From an uncultured delta proteobacterium (GTDB lineage: Bacteria > Myxococcota_A > Polyangia > Fen-1088): a stretch of DNA of 64,000 nucleotides. The stretch spans positions 2,880,001 to 2,944,000 of the forward strand of contig CAVYGB010000008.1 of NCBI GenBank assembly GCA_963767925.1. The letters run 5' to 3'. Of the stretch, positions 52,671 through 62,507 are shown piece after piece. The position numbers and the translations under genes are program-made. Position 1 is the first letter of the stretch; each line of letters opens with the position of its first letter. Below the pieces are notes generated by a model. It searched no databases, was not told the DNA's origin, and was given only the letters and a program-made list of their open reading frames with translations.

Positions 52671-53089
52671 AGTCCCGCCCCACCTCTCCGGCCTGGGCTG
52701 CCCTCGGTGGCCTGACCCTGCTGGCCCTGCCCGCCTGCTCCGAGCCGATCGACTACGGGTACTTCGCCGTGAAGGTCACGGTCGACGCGCCCGCCGACGC
52801 CGACTATCTGGCCCGCATCGCCGCCTGTGGCGTGAACGTGGACGGGGTCGACGTCGACTTCGGCTCGCTCGCCTGCGCCGAGAACCGCTTCACCCAGCGC
52901 GAGCTGGGGACCTTCGAGTGGAGCACCAACACTCCCGGCGGCACGGTCGAGTTCACCGTGACGCTCAAGAGCATCATCGGCCGCGTGCTCGGCACGGGCA
53001 AGTCGGCCCCGGTCGCGATCTCCCCCGGAAACACGGTGGAAGCATCGGTGCTGGTCACCCCCGCCCCCGACGCCCTAACGCCACAGTAG
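52667..53089 (+). CDS. Hypothetical lipoprotein
   Basis: ATGA overlap; LPAC lipobox; beta-rich mature part. Confidence 0.65.
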   Translation: MKSRPTSPAWAALGGLTLLALPACSEPIDYGYFAVKVTVDAPADADYLARIAACGVNVDGVDVDFGSLACAENRFTQRELGTFEWSTNTPGGTVEFTVTLKSIIGRVLGTGKSAPVAISPGNTVEASVLVTPAPDALTPQ

Positions 53090-53180
53090 TCGGGACCCTC
53101 GCAGGGTCCCGCCCCCCCGCGAAGCTTCGCGCCGAGCAAGCTCGGCGGCTCGAGAACCGCCAAAGATTCCGGACCTCCGG

Positions 53181-54572
<1,392 letters not shown>

Positions 54573-54766
54573 CGAACCCGGGTTGCAGTCGGATTGAGCC
54601 ACGCCGAGTGCGCGCAGCATACGGTCAAACCCATCGGTCGTAAACCCCCCGTCCCCGGCCCGTCCCCAGCAACGATCGGCAGGATTGCCGACGGTGTAAC
54701 GCTTCGATGTCCTATCGGGTCGTCATGTTGAGCCGCATGGGAGCGTGTTAGTCTCCTGCCGGCGGA

Positions 54767-55684
54767 ATGAGCACGAACGCGGCGGACGGTGTAAATCGCG
54801 GCTTCTTGACCGGGAGAACGGTGCAGTGGTTTGCCCAGCTCGCCGGGGACTGGAATCCGCGCGACCTGCGCGACGGCGGGGGCTTCGCCGAGCTCATGGC
54901 CGCGCTGCTCAGCCTGGGGGCCGAGCCGGGGGACATCTGGTTCAACCACAAGCCCCGGGAGGAAGACGCGGGGGAGATCTTCCGCCGCCTCTCGCAGCGG
55001 GACCTGCTGGTGCTCCCCACCCGCCCGCCCCTGCACGACAAGGGGGAGGGCCAGCCCCGCCGCCACCTGCGCCCCAGCAGCACCGCGCTCGAGCGCGCCG
55101 TGCACGGCCCCTTCGAGCTGTTCTTCCAGCGCTGCGCCCGCAACGCCGTCACCCTCGCCGAGGAGCCCGCCCGCCGCCTCGATGCCGAGCGCAAGAACCG
55201 CCGCTCGACCACTTACTACCAGTACACGCGCAACGGCCTGGAGGTGACCTGGGCCTTTTACAAGACCCTCGAGGGGCGCAAGCCACCCAACAGCCGCGAC
55301 CGCAGCACGGCGGTCTTCCTCGTGCACGTCCCCCAGCTCTGGAAGGACGGGCCCGGCATGCTCAGCGCCTTCGGCATGGGGGCCAACGAGACCCTGCTCT
55401 GGTGCCACATCCTGCGCACCCGCATGCGGCAGCTCCTGATCGACGTGCTCCGCTCGAGCTCGCCCCGCTTCGTGATGTGCGAGCTGGGGACCACCGCCGC
55501 CTGGACCTCGGAGCCCCTGCGAGCCCCGCTCGACCTCCTCACCCTGACCGCGGCCGCCGAGCACTGGCAGGTCGAGCCCATCGTCGACTTCAGCGCCCTC
55601 ACCTGGGCCCCGCCCCTGCCCGAGACCTTCACCGTCCCCCCCGCCCGCGCCGGCGCCACCCGGGGCGTCGTCACGAGGCATTGA
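54767..55684 (+). CDS. Hypothetical protein
   Basis: 305 aa ORF with GC3-rich codon usage and globular composition; no family recognised. Confidence 0.7.
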   Translation: MSTNAADGVNRGFLTGRTVQWFAQLAGDWNPRDLRDGGGFAELMAALLSLGAEPGDIWFNHKPREEDAGEIFRRLSQRDLLVLPTRPPLHDKGEGQPRRHLRPSSTALERAVHGPFELFFQRCARNAVTLAEEPARRLDAERKNRRSTTYYQYTRNGLEVTWAFYKTLEGRKPPNSRDRSTAVFLVHVPQLWKDGPGMLSAFGMGANETLLWCHILRTRMRQLLIDVLRSSSPRFVMCELGTTAAWTSEPLRAPLDLLTLTAAAEHWQVEPIVDFSALTWAPPLPETFTVPPARAGATRGVVTRH

Positions 55685-55708
55685 TTACAGACGCCTCGGG
55701 GGGCTGCG

Positions 55709-55960
55709 TCAGGTGCGGGGTTTGGGGGGTGGGAAGAAGCGGCGGCGGGCGGCCAGCATGGCCACCAGCAGGGAGGTCAACGCCACCGCGCGCAGCACCT
55801 TGACCCGGCGGGCCCGCTGGCGCAGGACCTCGTAGTAGGCGTGGGCCTCGTCGACCGGGAGCTTGCGCAGGATGGCCTCCTCCTGCTTGAGGCGGACGCC
55901 GTCGGACAGATGGGCGCCCAGCGCCAGGATCAGCACCACGAGCAGGACGCCGGTCAGCAC
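55709..55960 (-). CDS. Small 2-TM membrane protein (paralog B)
   Basis: TM-loop-TM; shares A.L.K.P...A...YE..R....RV with the neighbouring gene. Confidence 0.65.
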   Translation of the reverse strand: MLTGVLLVVLILALGAHLSDGVRLKQEEAILRKLPVDEAHAYYEVLRQRARRVKVLRAVALTSLLVAMLAARRRFFPPPKPRT

Positions 55961-55967
55961 GGAGCCC

Positions 55968-56204
55968 TCACCGCTGCCCGCCCCCCAGCGCCAGGTCGAC
56001 GACCGCCGCCACGCCGACCAGGCCCAGCACCACCGTGACCACCAGCATGACCCGCTCGCTGCCGCGCCGGCGCGCCTCGTAGCCGTCGCGGGCCTTCCGC
56101 CCGGGCTGCTTCTCCAGGACGGCCAGCCGGTAGCGCTCCTGCAGGTATTGCCCGGCCACCGCCGCGGCCGCCGCCAGCACCAGCACGATCCGCAGGAGCT
56201 GCAT
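55968..56204 (-). CDS. Small 2-TM membrane protein (paralog A)
   Basis: ATG overlaps the kinase stop (TGATG); TM-loop-TM. Confidence 0.65.
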   Translation of the reverse strand: MQLLRIVLVLAAAAAVAGQYLQERYRLAVLEKQPGRKARDGYEARRRGSERVMLVVTVVLGLVGVAAVVDLALGGGQR

Positions 56205-57985
56205 CAGCCCCCCAGCTCCTTGAGCGCGGCATCGATGTCTCTTCGCACGCAGTCGTTCCCTCCGCTCACTATGCCACCCATGGGGCCCCGCGCGCCGCGC
56301 GCCTTGCGCAAGCGGGTGACGGCCCGACGGTCGCCGGTGGCGCCGAGGCGGCGGATCGCCTCGCGCTTTTCCTCGCAGGTGCGAGCCTGCGTCAAGTCGA
56401 GCGCGTAGCTCTCGACCTGGTCCACTTGCGCGACGCAGCCGGCCCTGTCGCAGGCGGCGCGGGCGCTGGCCCGGAGGTCGGCGCGCCGATCCCGACTGGC
56501 GATCCGGGCCAGGTCCTCCCCGGCCGGGGCGCCGATCTCCGCCATCAGATCGAGGGCGGCCGAGGCGAGCTTGCGGTCCTTGTCCGCGACCAAGGCCCGG
56601 GTATTTAGCAGCAAGGCCGGGTCGGCGCGAAGGCCGGGGTCCAGCTCGAGCGCCGCGGCGTAGCCGGCCACCGCCGCCGTCGGGCGCTTCTCGACGAAGT
56701 CGAGGTGACCGAGCAGGTAGTGGACCCGCGCCTCGCGCGGGAACCGGGACAGGAGCTGCAGCAGCCGGGCCCGCGCCTCGGTGAACCGCCCGCTGGCCAG
56801 GGCCTCGTCGGCCTGCTGCAGGGGGATCTGCATCGCGGTCGCCACCGCCCGCCGCCCGGGGGCCGACACCAGCCGGTCGGCCTTGAAGCAGAGCGAGGAG
56901 GCCACCACGAGCAGCACGACCACTCCCAGCACCCCCGCCACCGGGGACCAGCGCTGCAGCTCGCCGGGCTGCCGCCGGTAGCGCGCCGCCACCTCGCGCG
57001 CCATCGCCCGCAGGCGCGCCCAGACCTGGCGCGCGCCGGTCATCGCCGCCGTCACCGCGGCCGGGGCCATCGCCAGCTCCAGCCCGGCCAGGGCCGCGGC
57101 GAAGTCGCCCGCGCTCTGGTAACGGCGGGTGCGGTCCTTCTCCAGGGCCCGCATGACGACCGCCTCCAGCGCGGCCGGCAGGTGCAGCTCGGGCGCGACC
57201 GAGGCGAAGGCGGGCGGCGCCCGGGTGACCTGCATGGCCAGCACCTTGACGAGGTCGCTGGCCATGAACGGCTTTCGCCCGGTCAACATCTCGTAGAGCA
57301 TGACGCCGCAGGCGTAGAGATCGGCCCGGTGGTCGGTGTCCTGGCCGGTGGCCTGCTCGGGCGACATGTAGCTGGGGGTGCCGAACACGACCGATGCCTG
57401 GGTCAGGGGCCGGTCGCCAGGGGGCAGCTCCTGGGTCAGCTTGGCCACCCCGAAGTCGAGGATCTTCACCGTGTCCTCGCTCTGCCCGTCGGGCGACCGG
57501 GTGAGCATGACGTTGGCCGGCTTGAGGTCGCGGTGGACCACGCCCTCGGCGTGGGCGTGGGCCAGGGCGGCCAGCATCTGGCGGGCGATCCCCAGGGCCC
57601 GGGGCAGGGGCAGGTTGCGGGCCTCCTCGATGGCGTCGTCCAGGCTCCGCCCGGGGACGAACTCCATCACCAGGTACAGCTCTCCCGACTCGGCCCGCCC
57701 GAAGTCGGTGACCGTGATGATGTTCGGATGGGACAGCCGGCTGGCCGACTGGGCCTCGCGCTCGAAGCGCCGGACCATGTCCTCGACCTGGCCGAGCTCG
57801 CCGTGCAAGAGCTTGAGGGCCACGGTCTTCTTCATCAACGTGTGCTCGGCCCGGTAGACCGCGCCCATCCCACCCACCCCGACCTTGTGGAGCAGACGGT
57901 AACGTTCCCCGACCAGCTTGCCGACGAAGGGATCGGCCCCCGCCTCGGTGGCCGGCTGCGTCGGGAGGGAGCCGGAGTCGTTCAT
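56204..57985 (-). CDS. Membrane Ser/Thr protein kinase with C-terminal TPR/HEAT-like repeats
   Basis: GVGGMGAVY, VALK, HRDLKPAN, DFG, GTPSYMSPEQ; TM helix; TPR-like helices. Confidence 0.92.
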   Translation of the reverse strand: MNDSGSLPTQPATEAGADPFVGKLVGERYRLLHKVGVGGMGAVYRAEHTLMKKTVALKLLHGELGQVEDMVRRFEREAQSASRLSHPNIITVTDFGRAESGELYLVMEFVPGRSLDDAIEEARNLPLPRALGIARQMLAALAHAHAEGVVHRDLKPANVMLTRSPDGQSEDTVKILDFGVAKLTQELPPGDRPLTQASVVFGTPSYMSPEQATGQDTDHRADLYACGVMLYEMLTGRKPFMASDLVKVLAMQVTRAPPAFASVAPELHLPAALEAVVMRALEKDRTRRYQSAGDFAAALAGLELAMAPAAVTAAMTGARQVWARLRAMAREVAARYRRQPGELQRWSPVAGVLGVVVLLVVASSLCFKADRLVSAPGRRAVATAMQIPLQQADEALASGRFTEARARLLQLLSRFPREARVHYLLGHLDFVEKRPTAAVAGYAAALELDPGLRADPALLLNTRALVADKDRKLASAALDLMAEIGAPAGEDLARIASRDRRADLRASARAACDRAGCVAQVDQVESYALDLTQARTCEEKREAIRRLGATGDRRAVTRLRKARGARGPMGGIVSGGNDCVRRDIDAALKELGG

Positions 57986-58113
57986 CTTTGCCCTGGGCGC
58001 GGTCCGGTACAACGAGCGCCGGATGCGCCGGTTTACTTTACCCCACGCCCGCGATTGACCACCAAAGGTCCCGGGCAGTTGACCTCGGGGCCGCTCCCCC
58101 CATTCTGCGCCTC

Positions 58114-59214
58114 ATGGTGTTGGGTGCCGAAAACGCGCTTCGCCGGCGGCTGGCCGATCTGGTCGCCTTCGACACGCAGAACCCCAGCGGCAACGAACGC
58201 CCGCTGGCGCTGCACCTCGCGCGCGAGCTGGCGGCCCTGGGGGCGGACAACGTCGAGGCCTTCACCGCCGGCCGCCACCACGGCGTGCTGGCCCGCTTCG
58301 GAGCGGCGCCCAAGCTGCTCCTCAACGCCCACATCGACACCGTGCCCGCGAACAACGGGTACACCGCGCCTCCCCACCGCCTGGTCGAGCGCGACGGGCG
58401 CCTGTACGGCCTCGGCTCGTGCGACACGAAGGGGTCGATCGCCGCCATCCTCGAGGCGCTGGCCCAGCGCCGCTCGACGAAGGCCCCCATCCGCGACGTG
58501 GCCGTCCTGTTCTCGGGCGACGAGGAGAAGGGCGCCACCGTGGCCCGGGCCTTCCTGGCCAGCCCCCGCGTCCGCGGGCTCGAGCGGGCCATCGTGTGCG
58601 AGCCCACGAGCTGCCGGGTCGGCCACCGCCACCGGGGCATGGCCGCCGTCGAGGCGGTGGCCACCTCCCCGGGCGGCCACTCCTCGCGGGCGGACGAGTT
58701 GCCCAGCCCGATGGTGATCCTGGCCCGCGCCGCCCTGGCCCTCGACGGGCTGGGACAGCGGCACCGCGACCTGGGGACCGAGGGGTTCCGCGGCCTGTGC
58801 GTCAACGTGGCGGGCTTCGAGGGCGGCCTGGCCTTCAACGTGATCCCCTCGCGCGCCCGCCTGACCGTGTCGGTGCGCCCCCCGCCCGGCAGCAACATGC
58901 GCGCCATCCTCGGGGAGATGGAGGCGGAGGCCAAGCGGGCCGCCGCCCCCGCCTCGATCGACTGGGCGGTGGTGCACGAGAATCCGCCCTTCGCCACCCG
59001 CGAGCTGCGCGCCTTCGAGCCGCTGCTGGGCGAACGCGCGCGCAGCCCCGTCGATCTGGCCTACTGGACCGAGGCGGCGCTCTTCGCCGTCGCCGGCATC
59101 GACGCCGTCGTGTTCGGCCCCGGCGACATCGCCCAGGCCCACGGCGCCGACGAGTTCGTCGAGATCGCGCAGCTCGAGATCGCGCGCGATGCCTTCATCG
59201 CCCTGCTGTCTTGA
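58114..59214 (+). CDS. argE: Acetylornithine deacetylase (M20 peptidase family)
   Basis: NAHIDTVP, GLGSCDTKG, GDEE, CEPT, GGHSS, WTEA, GPGDIAQAH..DE. Confidence 0.85.
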   Translation: MVLGAENALRRRLADLVAFDTQNPSGNERPLALHLARELAALGADNVEAFTAGRHHGVLARFGAAPKLLLNAHIDTVPANNGYTAPPHRLVERDGRLYGLGSCDTKGSIAAILEALAQRRSTKAPIRDVAVLFSGDEEKGATVARAFLASPRVRGLERAIVCEPTSCRVGHRHRGMAAVEAVATSPGGHSSRADELPSPMVILARAALALDGLGQRHRDLGTEGFRGLCVNVAGFEGGLAFNVIPSRARLTVSVRPPPGSNMRAILGEMEAEAKRAAAPASIDWAVVHENPPFATRELRAFEPLLGERARSPVDLAYWTEAALFAVAGIDAVVFGPGDIAQAHGADEFVEIAQLEIARDAFIALLS

Positions 59215-59227
59215 GCCCGAGGTCGCC

Positions 59228-60410
59228 ATGGATCCGGAGGTCGTACGCCGCTTCCTCGAGAGCGTCGGGCAGAAGGCCGACGTCGACCTGTACCTGAAGC
59301 TGTTCCGGTCGCAGGAGAAGGAGAGCTTCGCCATCATCGCCGCCGACGCCCAGATGGTGCGCACGGCGCTCGACCCCTTCCACTTCGACCTGCGCATCCT
59401 GGCCGGCATCGGCCTGCACCCGGTGGTGCTGCTGGGCCTGTTCGACGCCAAGGACGCCGACCGCCAGGCCCAGCGGGTCTACGAGTGGCTGGTCGAGGAC
59501 CAGGTCCCGGCCCGCATCGTCGAGGCGGGGGCGGCCATGGCCCCCGCCGACGTCGACCTCATCCGCCACACCATCCGGGGCAACACCATCCCCATCGTCT
59601 CGCTGGAGGAGGCGCGCGAGGGCAAGACCGACTGCCCGCTTCAACCTGCTGTCGGCCCTGGCCACCGCCCTCGGCACCCGCAAGGTCATCTTCCTCTCGC
59701 CCAGCCCGGGGCTGGAGCGGGAGGGGGCTCCCCACATCTCGGGCGTGAACCTCAACGTCGACTACGAGCGCCTGCTGGGCGCCCGCGGCCAGCTCGCCCG
59801 CCGCCACTACACCCTGCTGCGCCAGGTGAAGGAGCTGCTCGACGAGGTCCCGCAGCGGATGAGCGTGGCGGTGGTCAACCCCCTGGCCCTGCTGCGCGAG
59901 CTGTTCACCGTGAGCGGGGCCGGCACCCTGATCCGCAAGGGATCGCGCATCGAGATCCACGCCGACCTCGCCCGCGTCGACCGGGGCCGCCTGCGCGTGC
60001 TGCTCGAGTCGGCCTTCGGGCGGCCGCTGCGCGAGGAGGCCTTCGACGGCGAGGTCGAGCGGGTCTACCTCGAGGAGAACTACCTCGGCGCCGCCCTGCT
60101 CTCCCCCTGCCCCATCGCCTCGTACCTGTCGAAGTTCGCGGTCGAGCGGGCCGCCCAGGGCGAAGGCATCGGCACCGACCTGTGGTCGATCCTGGTGCGC
60201 GACTACCCCTCCTTCTTCTGGCGCTCGCGCCCGGACAACCCCATCACCCCCTGGTACGCCAAGCAGTGCGACGGCCTCGTGCGCACGCCCGAGTGGCACG
60301 TGTTCTGGCGCGGCCTGCCCCCCAGCCGGGTCGAGGCGGCGGTGACCTTCGCCCTCGGCCAGCCCGCCGACTTCCTGCAGCCGCTACCCGCCGCCGCCCA
60401 GGCCGGCTGA
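59228..60410 (+). CDS. ArgB-like kinase domain plus DUF619 N-acetyltransferase domain (NAGS/NAGS-K-like), frameshift near 59635
   Basis: FL..VG...D...YL..F, LLRELFT.SGAGTLIRKG, YL.KFAV...AQGEGIG, FWRSR..NP...WY..CDG, W.VFW; follows argE. Confidence 0.82.
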
Positions 60411-61589
60411 CCCGGGCGGCGGCCGGTCCACCCGCGACAGCGGCAGCAGCAGCAGGGCGACGAGGGCCAGGACGGCGCCCGTCGAGAAAGCCGTTGGCGG
60501 GCCGAAGCGCTGGTAGAGCAGTCCGAACAGCGCGCTAGCTGGCAGCAGCGTGACGCCGAGGCAGAGGTGGTAGGCCCCGTACCCACGGGCCCGGGCGGCC
60601 GCCGGCACGAGATCCGCGACCAGGGCCTTCTGCGCGCCGCCGACGAGCGCGTGGTGAAAGGCGTAGACCGTGAAGACGACGATGAAGCCGTTCAGCCCGT
60701 CGGCCAGCGCGAACCCGGCGTAGACGAGGGCGTACAGCGCCCAGCCGGCGGCCAGCGCCCGCCGGCGGCCGATCCGGTCGGCCAGGCCGCCCCCCCAGGC
60801 GGTGGCGGCCGCCTTGATCCCGTTGTGAAAGGCCCAGAGCAGCGGGATGGCGGCGGCCGGCAACCCGAGCTGGTTCGCGCGCAGCAGGAGGAACGCGTCG
60901 GCCGATCCGCCGAGGGCGAACACCGTGACCGCCGCCAGGTAGCCGAGAAACGGCCGGGAAAACGGCGCCGGGGAGGGCGAAGCCGGGGGGACCGCTCCCC
61001 GAAGCGTGGTCAGCGGGGCCGGCGGTGGCTCGCGCACCACCACCCCCACGACGAGGCAGGCCAGCGTGGCGGGAACGGCGCTGGCCAGGAACACCGACGG
61101 CAGCGACGCGCCCAGGGCCAGCAGCCCGGCCGCCGCCAGCGGCCCCGCCACCGCCCCGGCGTGATCCATCGCCTCGTGCACCCCGAAGGCCCGTCCCCGC
61201 TGCTCGGGCGCGACGACGTCGGCGATGAGCGCGTCGCGGGGGCTGGAGCGCACCCCCTTGCCGAACCGATCGATGAGCCGGATGGCGAGCACCGCGCCCG
61301 CGCTGCTGGCCAGGGCCAGGAAAGGCCGGGCCGCCGAGGCGACGAGGTACCCTGCCACCACGAACGGCTTGCGCCGCCGCGTGCGGTCCGAGGCGTAACC
61401 CGCCGCCAGCTTCAGCAGGCTGGCCAGCATCTCGGCCGCCCCCTCGATGAGTCCGAGGACCGCCGGACCGGCCCCGATGGAGGTGGCCAGGAACAGCGGC
61501 AACAGCGGGTAGATCATGTCGCTGGCCGCGTCGTTGAGCAGGCTCGTGAGCCCCAGCGCATAAACGGTAGCGGGCAGTTTTCGCCGCAC
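60384..61589 (-). CDS. MFS transporter
   Basis: SLLNDAASDMIYPLLP, SDR..RRKP, DRFGKGVRSSPRDALIAD, GRAFG.H.AMD. Confidence 0.92.
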   Translation of the reverse strand: MRRKLPATVYALGLTSLLNDAASDMIYPLLPLFLATSIGAGPAVLGLIEGAAEMLASLLKLAAGYASDRTRRRKPFVVAGYLVASAARPFLALASSAGAVLAIRLIDRFGKGVRSSPRDALIADVVAPEQRGRAFGVHEAMDHAGAVAGPLAAAGLLALGASLPSVFLASAVPATLACLVVGVVVREPPPAPLTTLRGAVPPASPSPAPFSRPFLGYLAAVTVFALGGSADAFLLLRANQLGLPAAAIPLLWAFHNGIKAAATAWGGGLADRIGRRRALAAGWALYALVYAGFALADGLNGFIVVFTVYAFHHALVGGAQKALVADLVPAAARARGYGAYHLCLGVTLLPASALFGLLYQRFGPPTAFSTGAVLALVALLLLPLSRVDRPPPGSAGLGGGG

Positions 61590-61611
61590 GGGTGGCGGGT
61601 ATACTGCGCCC

Positions 61612-62145
61612 ATGATGACGCTCGCCACCGTTTTACCGTTGCTGTCCGCCTCCCTCCTGGCAGCGGGCACCCCCGTCACCATCGACGGGCTCACCTCCAG
61701 CGTTCCGGCCTCCTGGAAGGAGCTGCCGGCTACCCAGATGCGCTTCAAGCAGTTCACCATCCCGAAGGTCGCCGCCGACAAGAACGACGCCGAGCTGGTG
61801 GTCTTCTTCTTCGGCCCGGGCGGCGGCGGCGACGTGCAGGCCAACCTGGCCCGCTGGAAGGGCATGTTCGTCGCGCCCGAGGGCAAGAACATCGACGAGG
61901 CCGCCAAGACCCAGACCTTCAAGGTCAACGGGGTCGACGTCACGACCCTCGACGTGCGCGGAACCTACAAATACAAGCCCTCGCCGATGGCCCCCAACGA
62001 GGAGCTGCGGCCCGGCCACCGCATGATCGCGGTCGTCTTCGCCAGCCCGCAGGGACCCTATTTCATGCGCTTCGTGGGCCCCGAGAAGACCGTCGACAAG
62101 AACCAGAAGGACTTCGACAAGTTCCTCAAGGGCTTCAAGAAGTAG
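61612..62145 (+). CDS. Exported hypothetical protein
   Basis: Signal-like N-terminus; P.SW, GGG.V.AN..RW..F, GPY..RF.GP. Confidence 0.75.
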   Translation: MMTLATVLPLLSASLLAAGTPVTIDGLTSSVPASWKELPATQMRFKQFTIPKVAADKNDAELVVFFFGPGGGGDVQANLARWKGMFVAPEGKNIDEAAKTQTFKVNGVDVTTLDVRGTYKYKPSPMAPNEELRPGHRMIAVVFASPQGPYFMRFVGPEKTVDKNQKDFDKFLKGFKK

Positions 62146-62161
62146 CCGGTCGAGGAGGGAG

Positions 62162-62204
62162 AGGAAGGGAACGAAGGCGCGCGCGACGCGGTCGTTCCCT
62201 TCCT
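62162..62204. terminator. Strong hairpin downstream of the 61612 gene (terminator-like, no U-tract)
   Basis: Perfect 13-bp stem AGGAAGGGAACGA / TCGTTCCCTTCCT. Confidence 0.5.
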
Positions 62205-62311
62205 GGGAGGCGGGGCTGTCGCTGCCGCCCCGATGTGGAAAAATGTGCAAGTCGGAGTGGGAGAGCCTCTCCGCCCCCGACGGGGCTCGACACGACCGGT
62301 TCCGGTGCTGA

Positions 62312-62360
62312 GCGCCTCTGCGGGCCGGCTCTACTGCGCCTCTGCGGGGCCGGCTCTGCT
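62312..62360. repeat. Two-copy ~24 bp tandem repeat, intergenic
   Basis: GCGCCTCTGCGGGCCGGCTCTACT followed by GCGCCTCTGCGGGGCCGGCTCTGCT. Confidence 0.7.
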
Positions 62361-62507
62361 GGGTTCGTTTTACAGATCTTCTCTACAGATTTGGGGGGCC
62401 CACGCCGATGACGTCCTCGTGCCAGGCGCGCTCGCGCAACCCATGGTAGGGGCCGGCGTGCCCGGCGTTTTCATGTTAAGGTAACCTTCCCGAGTGAAGC
62501 TTTCACT

